Origin: Gonapodya sp. JEL0774
Lineage: Eukaryota
Length of the DNA: 64,000 nt
Assembly (NCBI GenBank): GCA_027604505.1
Contig: JADIIX010000045.1
Span: forward strand, 1 to 64,000
Direction: 5' to 3'
Each line of letters opens with the position of its first letter. Position 1 is the stretch's first letter. The position numbers and the translations under genes were made by a program. Below are positions 22,443-34,068 of this stretch, in pieces. The notes under the pieces were generated by a model. The model was given only the letters and a program-made list of their open reading frames with translations, was not told the DNA's origin and did not search any database.

Positions 22443-24863
22443 TCAATCCAAGCCTGCCCATTTCCTCGACTTTTCCCACATTGCAACGTAAGTCTCAGCG
22501 CTGTTAAGGAATTGCTGCTTCAACATATCCCCTTCGCTGCCGGCCTTGTGCAAATTATCCACAAACCACTCCGCGTATTGACCGTACTGTGCAACGCCGT
22601 CCGTGTTGATGTCATAGGTGCGCTGTCCTACAACTTGCTTCTGAACCGTTGTACCGGCTAGACTGGTGAAGGGGTAGTAGACAAACGGATCTATCGACGC
22701 GTCGGTTCTAGGTGTAGCTTGAACCGCAAGTCCGTTCACATCCGTGCCAACTCCGAAGGACGTGATCTTCGATCCGTATTGAAGGTTGCGGTAGTTTCTC
22801 CACTCTTGAACAAACTTTGTAGCGTTGTAAGGGTAAGCTGCAACGACGCCACCGGCCTGTAAGACCTTGTTGACGGTCGAATAGTCAGACCAAGAGTGCT
22901 CCGAAATGACGCCGGGGTACCCGGATGAAAGAATGATATTCATCGTGGCATTTGATGTGGGGATGCTCATGTGATCCTGTCCAGATGAAACAAAATTATG
23001 AGTTGGCTCCCCGTTAACTATTAAACTTATCGATGACGTACCACGTGAACAATCCACCCTCGCGACATCATCTTCCTGATGACGTATTCTCCAAGCGCGG
23101 TGAGACCCTGTTTGTTGCATACGGGCCCGCTTGGGTAGTTGGGCAGCGATTTTCCCGATGGAAGGCCGAGGAGATTCAACGCGAGCACAAGCCCAAAGTC
23201 TGCACTCGTAACTGCACTTGGCTGGTCGTTTGGTCCAGTCGGGCAGCTCTCGAGATCCCACCACTCCCCTGTTGACCACGCGTTTCCGATGTTGATGAAT
23301 GCGCCAGTTGTACCTGAGTACGCGTCATAGAATTGATAGAGGTGCCGGTTGGACCGGCAACTTCGAAAATGTCTCACCAGGATCCATGCGAGTGCCACCC
23401 AAGGCGTTGTTGAACTTGTGAACAGGGAAGAATCCTGTAACGCCCATCGCTGCAACCTCTAGCGACAGAATGTAAATGGATGATGAGAGGTTGGGTTTGT
23501 GTTTGCCAGTTTGCACAGGAGTACTCACCGTCGAATCCAGCGTCAATATCTGCCTTGCTACATTGTGACACACCTTTCACAATACGACATCCAAACACTT
23601 CAGACATCTCCATCCCAATGATCACGGCAAGATTTCCTGCCGCGACTATAGATCGAACCTCAGATGGTGTCTTTGCGATGCGAAACCAACCCTTTCCGGC
23701 ACCACCACTCTCAGCATCAATGTAGTCCTGCATTTTGTAGAGATACGTGACTTGAGCCCTGATCTGGTCCATCTCGTCGCAACTTCCCAGAGATTTGACA
23801 GGGAAGAGTTCACAGATTACACGATTGGCGACAAGGAGAGCATTAAGAACGCGGAGACCAGACTCGTAGGCTCGCTGAATTGATCGATAATATGACTGCT
23901 CATGGAGAACACTGTTCCACGACGGCCAGTCGTTGAAGGTAGGCCAACCGTCCTCTACAGCAGAAAGAGCGGTCCCTGCGAAGAGCCCTTCAAGCAAAGT
24001 GCCGATACCGATAGAAGTGAGAAACTCTGGACAGTTGTGAGTCGGCATGGCAGCCGTAACACCACCTGACGCCCAAGCGTCACCACAATGCATATCACCG
24101 CCGAACGCATTCGCCGCCGCAATGTGTGCATGCATATCCATGACACCAAGAAGCTTTCCTGAGGAGGTCACCCCCACTTGAGGTCTACCGGACGTGAATG
24201 TTGCAACATCGGGCGGTGTGAAGCAGCCAGTCGCCGTTGCCAATGCCATGGTGTACCCGCTGCTGGATCCACCGAGGGTGCCCAGGTAGACACCAATTTG
24301 GGAACCGTAATTAGTGGAAGTGATGGTATACCTGCCGTTGACATTGAGCTTGAAGGTCCAATCCGATCGGTCCCCATAATCGGCCCCCGGCATTATCCAC
24401 GTTATCACGCTAAGGAACAGATGTCCTCCGGAGCTGTCGAAGATCTCGTAGCGGTTTAACAAAGTCGCCTCGAGGCGAAAAGAAGTTGCGGATGCCACTG
24501 CGGAAGTGAATGCATATCCATTTCCATTTCGGTAGAGGTATCCCACAGATGAGTCTCCAGAGAAAAGTTGGAGCGTAGCGCAGACTCCGTCAAGTGAATC
24601 TGCGGCGGCAGCTACTGGTGCTCGTGGATGAAATCCTTGCAAAGGAAGACAACACAATTAAAGCATGAACGTCTGGATAAAGGCACCGACTGGCATCGTC
24701 ATTGTCGCCAATTCGAAATTGTGCACCATATCGAAAGTGAGGCGAGACAAAGTGGATGACACTCACGTGGTCCATTGGCGTGGGGAAGAGGGGCTGTGTA
24801 TGCCGACAGCACGAGAACTGCAGCCGCGATTCCGGCGACGCTTGCAAGCTTCAGTAGGGTCAT
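22443..24863 (-). CDS. Secreted amidohydrolase of the membrane-dipeptidase (M19)-like / sphingolipid ceramide N-deacylase-like bacterial group
   Basis: Signal peptide MTLLKLASVAGIAAAVLVLSA (ATG 24863, intron 24766-24636). Motifs GVMDMHAH, HEQSYYRSIQRAYESGLR, QDYIDAESGGAGKGWFRI, LAVIIGMEMS, HKFNNALGG, CNKQGLTALG, DHMS, GVISEHSW, GTDVNG, YDINTDGVAQYG. Confidence 0.8.
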
Positions 24864-25320
24864 CGATCTGTAGAGTTGAGTGTGAGAGCGCGAACTTAAA
24901 AGTTGCTCCTCAGGACCTTCGGGTGAGGCAAGATCTGGTTCCCTGACAACCGACCTCGCATCACGGCTCGGTTGGTGTCGATGAATCTGCTTATAAACAA
25001 CACGTTAATGCCCGGAATGATCGTTTTTGTTTACATTCTGTGTATTCCGACTTAGATTTCGATACCAAGGGGAGAATCGGACTCCAAGCAGGCTCAAATC
25101 AAAGCACCTGACGCAGGTTCATGTCGGCTGGGCGGGATGCGAATTGCCGGCTGATCTGTAATTATGTATTACATACTCGCGAGATTCGCAAACAGCATCC
25201 TACATGATTTGACTGGTTACAACAGTTCTCATGAGGTCAATTAATGCGAAATTCAATACTTCATTGACGATCCCGGCGCTTGTATGAGTTGAGTGCGCGG
25301 AGTGAGAACGCAGAAAGTCT

Positions 25321-25360
25321 TACCGAAGATTTTACTTAGCTACCGAAGATTTTACTTAGC
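25321..25360. repeat. Perfect 20-bp tandem duplication (taccgaagattttacttagc x2)
   Basis: Directly visible. Confidence 0.95.
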
Positions 25361-26490
25361 TCGAAACTGTTCTTGGAGGACCCACGGAGAGATGAAAAAA
25401 TTGTGGGGTACTTAACACGGGTAAAATTGTGGGGTGATCGGGGACACCGGCGATAAAGATCGCAGCACAATCCGATGGATAAAGAGCATATAGCGAGACC
25501 ACATTGTTATTCATATGAGCAACAATGAAAGCAGAAGCTCCCAGGCTGATTTCGTCAGCTAATCGCGTTGTACTCCATGTCTCCCACGGCAGATCACCGG
25601 GTAAATGTCATTGTGGATACAAGATCCCATCTGCTACATACTTGGGAGCGCGTTGCCGTGATTGGCAGGGAAGGCACTAACACCGATCCCTCACGAAACC
25701 AAAGCAGCCAGTCCAAAGCACTGATGCCTAAAATAAACCAACAAAGTTTGGCAGGCCCCCTGCATGTAACACCCTCTTTGTTCTGTGCAGGTGAAGATGA
25801 GAACGATGATGGTGCGCATGAGAAGTATCCCTTGTATCCCAAGGAGGAAGTCTGCTTAGTGCAAGCGCAATTTCTAAAGTGCTTGTTGATTCCACATAAT
25901 TGTACCACCTTTCAATATCGTTACACCTCTCTAGAACATTGTTCCTTACCTCTCTTACCAAAAGGTCACTACCTGCTAAAAGAACGCTGGGTCGCTTCGC
26001 GGTACGGCCGGTATAATGACGCACTACACACGTTCTCAAATAACCGAGGGCAAGTGCTGGCTCAAGTCCCGGCCAAGCCGATTTCATAATAGTGAAGGCA
26101 GATCGAGTTATCTCAAGCTCTCTTGGGAAATGCACTTTTCAAAATGGGGACCAGTTGTTCTGAAAGAGGGTGCTGTCGTTTCTGCCAGAAACACGGGCTT
26201 GTTGTCCAAAACGGTGGACTTCCCAAAAGCTTCCATAGCTGACTTTACTACTTTACTTGCTTTGTTGGATGCCTCGACAAATTATGAACGGCCTAGAGAT
26301 CAACGAGATACAGCCAGATATGCATGCTTAATGTACATGAATTCTCCTTGGAGTAATCCTTGCGACATGCCCCGAAGGAGGTGGCGTTCACAGCAGAGGG
26401 CCGGCCAGTCGGAGAAAAACAACTTGCCGCACTTGCTTGCGTCGCAGACTAGGACCAACAAATACATCAAAACCTCCGAGACAACGGCGG

Positions 26491-27633
26491 ATGCATCGTC
26501 CCAACATGATCTTTTTCCTCTTTATTGTCATCACCCTCTTCCGACCTGTGATGTCTCAGAACCAGGTTTCGGAGTGTGCGGTGTTCGAACAACTCTACAC
26601 GCAATCCGGCCGAACGTACAACTGGACAACAGGCAGTTGCTGCTACGCAGGTCCTAAAGCCTCTATCATGCTGGTCTATCCGCCTTATTTTGGCTGCGAT
26701 GACAATGGTCGGATTGTTACCGCGTACGTGAACGACTTGAAACTCTCAGGAGCCATTTCCCCGTCTCTTTCGGCCCTCACCAAACTCGAAAAGCTTGATA
26801 TGAGTGGGAATAATCTCACAGGGTCGATACCGGACATATCGGGCATGACACAGTTGACTACATTGGATTTTTCGTCCAATCCCCGTTTATCCGGAAGCAT
26901 TCCGTCGTTGGCAGGGCTTACCAAGCTCAATCGGGTATCATTTCAAAGCTGCAACTTCACTGGGCCCGTGCCGTCCTTGCAGGGCCTTGCTGCTCTCTCT
27001 GAAGTGGATCTCTCATACAACCAGCTCTCTGGCCCACTGCCTTCCTTTGACTCTTCGCTGAGCAAACTCACCGAGCTTTTGCTTGCAAGAAATTCACTAT
27101 CTGGCCCTATCCCATCTCTATCGAGTCTCACGTCCTTGCGGTTCCTCGACCTAAGTTCGAACCAGCTAACAGGAGGGCTTCCTAACTTACGGGGCCTTCC
27201 TGAACTCGCCTACATAATTTTGTTCGGAAATCAACTCGAAGGCAATATTGATGGACTGCTCCCAACGGCGCCGGTCGTCGTGAAAGAATGTGACCTCACT
27301 TACAGAGGGAACACCGGACTCTTTTCCTGTGCCGGAGATTTCCCAGATGTGTGCTTGGTGGACTACATTGCCACTCCACAGGTTATACCCCGTGGAGCGT
27401 CGTGTCCAGGGAACGCCACATACTCTGCCCGGGTTGAAACTCGAACAGCAACGTTGACGTCCTCAAAAACCTCGCGCACGTCCACAACACCAACTCAAAC
27501 ACAAGGAACTGGGGCAGTGGTAACAGGGTCAACCACCGTGAGTGCGCGGGGTGGTGGTGGTGGTGCGACTGTGGGCAAGGAGGGTGTGGTGATGGCGATA
27601 TTTTTCGCAGTGCTTGCGGTGCTTGTGCTCTAA
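26491..27633 (+). CDS. Secreted, probably GPI-anchored plant-type LRR protein (intronless)
   Basis: Signal peptide MIFFLFIVITLFRPVMS, about 8 LxxLxLxxNxLsGxIP repeats, Cys caps, T/S-rich stalk, and a C-terminal small-residue site followed by the hydrophobic tail VVMAIFFAVLAVLVL with no cytoplasmic residues. Confidence 0.88.
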   Translation: MHRPNMIFFLFIVITLFRPVMSQNQVSECAVFEQLYTQSGRTYNWTTGSCCYAGPKASIMLVYPPYFGCDDNGRIVTAYVNDLKLSGAISPSLSALTKLEKLDMSGNNLTGSIPDISGMTQLTTLDFSSNPRLSGSIPSLAGLTKLNRVSFQSCNFTGPVPSLQGLAALSEVDLSYNQLSGPLPSFDSSLSKLTELLLARNSLSGPIPSLSSLTSLRFLDLSSNQLTGGLPNLRGLPELAYIILFGNQLEGNIDGLLPTAPVVVKECDLTYRGNTGLFSCAGDFPDVCLVDYIATPQVIPRGASCPGNATYSARVETRTATLTSSKTSRTSTTPTQTQGTGAVVTGSTTVSARGGGGGATVGKEGVVMAIFFAVLAVLVL

Positions 27634-27999
27634 CTTGCGGACGGTTTCGGAGCAGTTACGGGTTTCTGGAATTGTTATTATAAACTCGTATTGGCTTGAA
27701 CTCAAAAGTAAAATAAATTAATTTTGTAGAGCGGTATGTAGAGCGGATTACTGTAGAAAGTAGCCTTCGAAGAAGAGACGTTTACGAAGAGCGTTCACGA
27801 AGAGCGTTCACAAAGGAGCACTGGACATGATGTAAGCTTGGCATGAAGTAGTCTGGCTTGGCAGACGTTTGTCAAGGGATAATAGCAGACCTGGTTGCGC
27901 TCCATCAAGCAGTTTGAGGGTAGTGCGTGGTACCCAACTGGCCTGGTGTAAACTGCTCATCGCTCTCTCACCAACCTCCATCTTTTGAATTTTTTTTCA

Positions 28000-30900
28000 A
28001 TGAATACGCATACGACGGCATCTCCTCAGTCGTCGAGGCGACCTGGCGAATTTGGAAGCGGGATGGCGAGTGTTTCCGTGGGAGGAGGATCAGTTGGAAC
28101 TGGCAATGCGGCGGCAGCGGCGCGAAGCAGAGGGAGGAAACCGCATGGAGGAGTGCCATCTCCTCCACAACATCAGTCGCGCGCAGGTGGAGGCGGCATA
28201 CACAAGTCGCAGGCATCGATGGCCAGCTACATGCGCTCAGGGATGCGAAGTGCAATTGGTGGAGCACACGGAAACCAGCTGGGATCGTCGGTCCTCGGAG
28301 CAGCACAGATGCAAATGACTTCACCATTCTTACCGCCACCAGACGCACGCTGTTTTGATGAGGACGGAAATGATGTTACACCCCTTCCCCTTCTGCCTGT
28401 GTCGCGATCTGTCGCTCGCGCACACCAGGCTGTCGGTGAGGTGCTGCGGAGCTCAGATAGTCACGTAGGAGGCAAGAGCTTTGAGTCTGTCCATGACGCC
28501 ATTTCGGCCATAGACGCCTGGTCCTCACAGTCATTTGGCCGCAATGGTTCCGCCACGCAATTGGCGGGCCGAGGTGGTGGGCCTGGTGGTGGTGGAGGCC
28601 AGGATGGACGATCCCGAGCATCGAGCCTCAGTCTCAATGATAGTACAATGGGAAGCGATAGTGAGCAAGGTGGTATCGAAGGAAGTGGCAGCGCAACGAG
28701 TCTTGGTGATGTTCCGGAAGGTGCGTAAGAACGACTGACTCTATCTCGCAGAAAAAGATGTGGTCCGAGCGACTCTCAACAATCAGGAAAATGTGACTGC
28801 GAAAGCTGGTGCAGAGTAAAATTGCTGCGAGAGCTGCAGGATGGAGCAGCTCCCTTCAAGACTGTCCCACTTTCATTGAAAGCTGCTATTAAAGTTGCTA
28901 AGCTTCATCGTACTTAGCAATTTTCTTTCATCCATGTCATTTCATTCTCGACACGCACTCCAGATCCTTCTTCGCTCGCTGCATCCTCCACTTTACCTGC
29001 AAACATTGGCCGGTCCGCTCGCCCATCCACACCAGAGCTCGAAAAGCCAGTTGACATTTATTTGACTGAGACACCGACAATTCAGCTCCTAGATATACCG
29101 TGTCTGAGTGTTGGAACAGAAGATAGTGCTGTGGATGCCATTCGGCGGGAAAATGAAAGATACGCAGAAGTGAGTTGCGGAGAATGGAAATACAGAGCAC
29201 GAGAGAGGGGGTGGCGAGTCACCCCGGGGACAGTAGAAGTTGGAGAGCCGTTGGGTAGAGCCCCAAATTTTCTTCAGTGTCTGTCTGTTGGGACTGGCTG
29301 CAGCACCAATAGCAGTATGAGTTTCAAACACGTACTTTCAATCATAAATTGTGCCTTTCCTCGCATTGCAGCTCCTGTCCTCTCGATCCTCCGGCGCTAC
29401 CGACACCTTGGCCCATCATGCCACCCAAACACTCTCCCTGCCTATCAAACATCGTGATGTTCAAACCTCCGCAGCTCCGACCAGAGATCAGGGAGAGCAA
29501 GTTAATTGGTGGAGCGTGTGGGACGAGACAGTAGGAAACCGTAAGGAGAAGGATAAGTCTGAGGGACCATCCGAGAGTGCAGGTCACGGAGCGTGAGTGT
29601 GATGCAACTTGAATAACCTTGCTTGATCCTGGACACTCATTATATCGGCCTCAAACACTCTGTCACCGTAAAATCGTAAATAGAGCTCCTCATCCCACTG
29701 ATCCAAACCTACCAGCACAGACCTCTCTCTCCTCCCCGCCCACCAACATCGGACTGTCCGGTACGGTTGCCTCCCTCACATCCTCCTCTGCGCCTGCCGG
29801 CTTGTCCTCCACAGCACCCTCCTCGTCCGCAGCCCTCGTCCCCGTATTTGTTGACAGCACCGCTGCATACCTCTCCTCTCACTCCGCCTCCACCTCCGCG
29901 CGTCGAGGCGGGGGAGGAGGAGGTATGGGACATCGCCGATCTGAATCGAGGTCTGACTCACGTTCCAGTTCGATTGCTGCGTCATCATTTGCATTGGATG
30001 CCAGCAGGGGAGCATGGGCGGGTGGTGGAGGGGCAAGCATGGGTGCAGGGAGTGACTTTAGTAGTGTGAGCGTGGCTGCTTTGCCGGGGATGGGGATTGG
30101 TGGTGCAGGTGCAGGAGGAGAGGTGGAGGGAGTTGCTGAACGGTTGGGTGTGTTGGTGGGAGCAGCTGGAGGTGGTGCTCAAGATCCGGTGGCGGGTGTA
30201 AGTTTGGCTGGTAGGGTGTTTGCGGTGAGGCACTCACATGTCACTTCGTCGCATGCCTGTCAATTATCAAATGTAGCTGCCCCAAGATCACCTTCTTCAC
30301 TCTCTTGCGGTCACCGAGCGAGCGGTGATGGGGAATGTGTTTGCAGACAGATTCGTCAAATTCAGGAACTTACCTGAAAGTGACGGATTGTTTGGTGATG
30401 CAGGCAGTCGTTCAGACGGTGGGTCAGGATCTCAGGGAATGGAAGGTGGAGAAATCAGGCGTGAGTAGACTGGACTTTCGACTGTCTAAAACGTTGACGA
30501 CCATTCGGTGTTCTGACTGCTTCATCATAAGCCACCACGGCGGACACGTCAGTCAGCGCCACATCCCCTCCTACAGCCGGAGCAACGAGTCGCGATCAAA
30601 CAACTGGACCCGACTTGGAGGCTTTCGCGACACAGATTCCTTCACTCGAATTATTGTGGGCATACCGTTGTGAAGCTACTAGGGGGAGGCAGGTAAAGGG
30701 AATCTGTTGGAACAAAGAAACAGAGGCGAGTTGGAACAAAGGCCAGGTTCTCGGGAAAGAGGATATTTTGATTCTTGTTTTGTCTTTCACCAGGATATTC
30801 TCGCGGTTGCGTATGGTCCTTGTGAACATGAAACCAGTGCGCCTCCCGGCCTTGTCGCTTGCTGGAGTCCTCGGAATCCGGAGGTGCGACCACTGCAAGA

Positions 30901-32507
30901 ACTGCATAGTTTTCATTCTAGTTCATTTGAATTTTCTTCTTTCTGGCTTTCTTCTTTCGTTCTCGCTTCTCAATTTGAAGTATCCTGAACGTATATACAC
31001 CTCCAACTCCGTTGTCACCTGCCTTGATTTTTCCCTCGCCACTCCGAACCTCCTTTCTGTTGGCTACCACGACGGGCACCTAGCCGTCTACGACGTGCGA
31101 ACCACTCAAGACTCTCCAGTGTTTGACACACGGCGCAGCGTCGGAAAGCATCGCGATCCGGTATGGGAAGTTCGATGGGTTGAAGTGAGCAAGGTGGCAG
31201 GAGCGGTAATGGAAGGTGAGGGGGCTGAGAAAGGTGAGGAAATGTTGGTGAGTGTCGCTACGGACGGACGAGTGGTGCAGTGGGATGTACGGAAGGGGGG
31301 CAAGTGCACAGGTAAGCAAGCATCTTTTTGGTGAGAACATGCAGCAGAGAGTGATTAGAGAGTTTCATGATCATTCTTCGACAGATCTCATGTTGCTCAA
31401 GCGTGTTTATCAACAAACCGACCAAGCTACTGACTCTACTCGTGCGGGCGCAGCGGCTGGGGCAAACACGGGCCCTGCCGGTACGACCACTACTACAAAG
31501 AACTCGGGATCTGGTTCGACTATGTCCAGGCAGACAGGAGGGCTGACTTTTGATTTCAATCCGTTTGACCCAAATTTGTGGGTTTGTGCGACTTCACTTG
31601 TGCAACAATGAATTTTGGCGAGCAACAACGCTACTGTTACAGCTACCTCGTTGGTACGGAAGATGGTACTGTGCACCGCTGCTCGATCTCCTACAATGAA
31701 CAATATCTCTCGAGCTACTTTGGCCACACCGGGGCTGTATATGGTGTGCGGTGGAACCCTTTCCTACCCAGAGTGTTTCTCTCATGTTCCAATGATTGGA
31801 GTATCAGGCTATGGGATGTGGAAGCTGATGGAGAGGCGGAAGTTGTAAGGTTTCAGAATGGAAAGGTTTGTGGAGACTTTTTTTGCAATTTTGAGTGTCG
31901 ATGCTGGTGTTGATGATCTTGCCATTCATGCATTGAGGATTCTGTTATGGATGCGAGGTGGGCACCGACGAGATCGACCGTTTTCGGCTGTGTCACGATG
32001 GATGGACGGATAGAAATTTGGGATTTAGAAGCTTCTTGGTGAGTGATACTTTGAGCAGAATATGGGGAGGACGAAACGAATATGGCAGTGACTGTTTCCT
32101 ACAGTTTGGATCCGATCATCCTCCACACGGTGCTCGACAGAAATCTCACCACAATGCTTTTCTCGAACGAGTATCCAGCCCTCCTCACCGGAGATGACAG
32201 CGGGTCTGTGAACGTTTACAAGGTGAAAAACGTCAAGGGCTGGGCCGAGGGTACTGGCAAAATGAAAAAGGCTTCAGAAATGGAAGGCGGAGATTCAACA
32301 CTTGGCCCTGGGACCATCGAGGGCCACCCTCACAGTGCAAAGGAAACTCTCTCCACCGAAGCATCAGGCTCTACCAATACCAAGGACAAGAATACAATTT
32401 TAAATGAATATCGCCTAGATCGCAAGCCGGTTGGCGAGTACTTCAAAAGTCAGGCAGCGCGCATAGATTCTTTTATTCGGATCGCTCGGAAGGGGTTCGT
32501 GGAGTAA
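28000..32507 (+). CDS. DNAI4: Axonemal inner-arm dynein intermediate chain, WD40 (WDR78/IC138 ortholog)
   Basis: FDEDGNDVTPLPL, LTETPTIQLLDIP, LELLWAYRC, GLVACWSPRNPEYPERIY, KHRDPVWEVRW, YLVGTEDGTVHRCSISYNEQYL, GHTGAVYGVRWNPF, FLSCSNDWSIRLW, DGRIEIWDL. Many introns. Confidence 0.88.
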
Positions 32508-33329
32508 AATCGGTTGATATGTTCCAATACCATACTACATTTATCCACTCTAGTATGTGAACTGTGCGTCGCAAAATTGCCTCGATGATCATACCACAAC
32601 ACCGTCGATGCAGCACCACATCGGCGAAATTCGCTTCAGACGAGCTTACTAAACCATTTAATAGTGTCTTGTATTTCTGTGATTTACTTTTCATGTCACG
32701 CTTCGCATGTCTCCCTGATCCATTCGCACACAGTCGGCTAATAAGATCATCGGGGGAAACTTTACGACTCATCACCCTCCGCCGCTGATCAGTCTCTTCC
32801 TGTCTGGTGTGACTGAAGATTTTATCTTAATTGTGAGTTTCGTCTGATCAGCGTGGATTACAAGGTGGTGCGGGCTCCCTTCCTTCCAAGACGAGCATGA
32901 CGGGAGGAATCCTACAGAATCACTATTTCATTTCTTTGAATTGAGGCAATCATTTATTCCGTCTTTGTCATCTTGCCCGAACGAGCCGGCAGGGCTTTGG
33001 GCCGCAGTGGGAGGCAGTACCCACGAGAACAATATGCACGAACCTTCCATCATGCGCAGGGAGGGGAGGAATGCTTCATCCAGTTTGCTTCAGTTGGAAA
33101 AGCTGGAGCATGAGAAGATGCGGGAAGCGGACAAGAAATCGAACACGCCGTGATTGAGATGGGAAGTCAGCACATCTGGGCAGGAACAACCCAAAAGATC
33201 GCCCGACATGAATCAAATTATTGACGATTCCGGAATCCCAATAAAAAGGCCTAGCTCTATCAAATTGTCACAATACTTTGACTTAGTCAGTGCTCATAAG
33301 CAGCCATCACATTCGAAAGAATCAAGAAC

Positions 33330-33924
33330 ATGCCTCTCCACCGAATCTACTCCGCACCTGGCTTCTTTACACAAGCGGAGAAGGAGATTATAGCGGGAAA
33401 CATCACAAAGGGATATGTTTCCTTTGGGTATGTTTGCGCTGTTCAACTACTCGTTCAGTCGGCCTCTAACAGCGTATCCGGACCCGCACTCAGACTCCCA
33501 GCCTTCTATGTAGTCGTTCTTTTCCTCGATGTACCCACAGAATCGTACTTTGTCGGGGGGAAGACGACCGGTCGGTTTGTCCGCATCGTCACACAGCACC
33601 TTGGTAGGTACCACCTTGGCTGTTTCACGCCTTCCCGGCTCAACTCCGCGATTGTTTGCTCACATTTCGGTGCTCACCGCAGCTCGCTCATTTCAAAACG
33701 TCAAACAGCAAGAATCATCTCTTAAATTTCTTGAAAGTTGCTGGGCGCCTATCATTAAATCCAAGGGTGATGATGTTAACTGGGAGTTACACATTGAAGA
33801 GGCGCCGCGGGAGCTCTGGAGAGAGAATGGGCTTGTCCCTCCTTTGCCAAAGACGCCCGCGGAGAAGGAATGGGTCCGGCTGAACCGTGCCGTGCCGTAC
33901 GACGAGAAAATGAATAAGCTGTAG
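33330..33924 (+). CDS. Tautomerase superfamily protein (putative oxalocrotonate tautomerase / cis-CaaD-like), 3 exons
   Basis: N-terminal Met-Pro (catalytic Pro1), LPAFYVVVLF, YFVGG, FVRIVTQH, WELHIEEAPRELWRENGLVPP. Confidence 0.85.
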
Positions 33925-34068
33925 TTCTTCGCTTTGGTTTTTGTACCATACAAACAGAGTTGAACTATTCACTTTGATAAGTGTCCGTCCTTCTGTGTAC
34001 CATAATATATATGTTATGTTGTTGTTGGAGGATATTGAAGATATCGTCGAGTTCCGTGCAACAGAAAA

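Noticed and set aside
25568..26657. ORFs of 173 and 213 aa upstream of the GPI-LRR gene
   Set aside because: Non-ATG starts, no recognisable motif and no consistent splice model.
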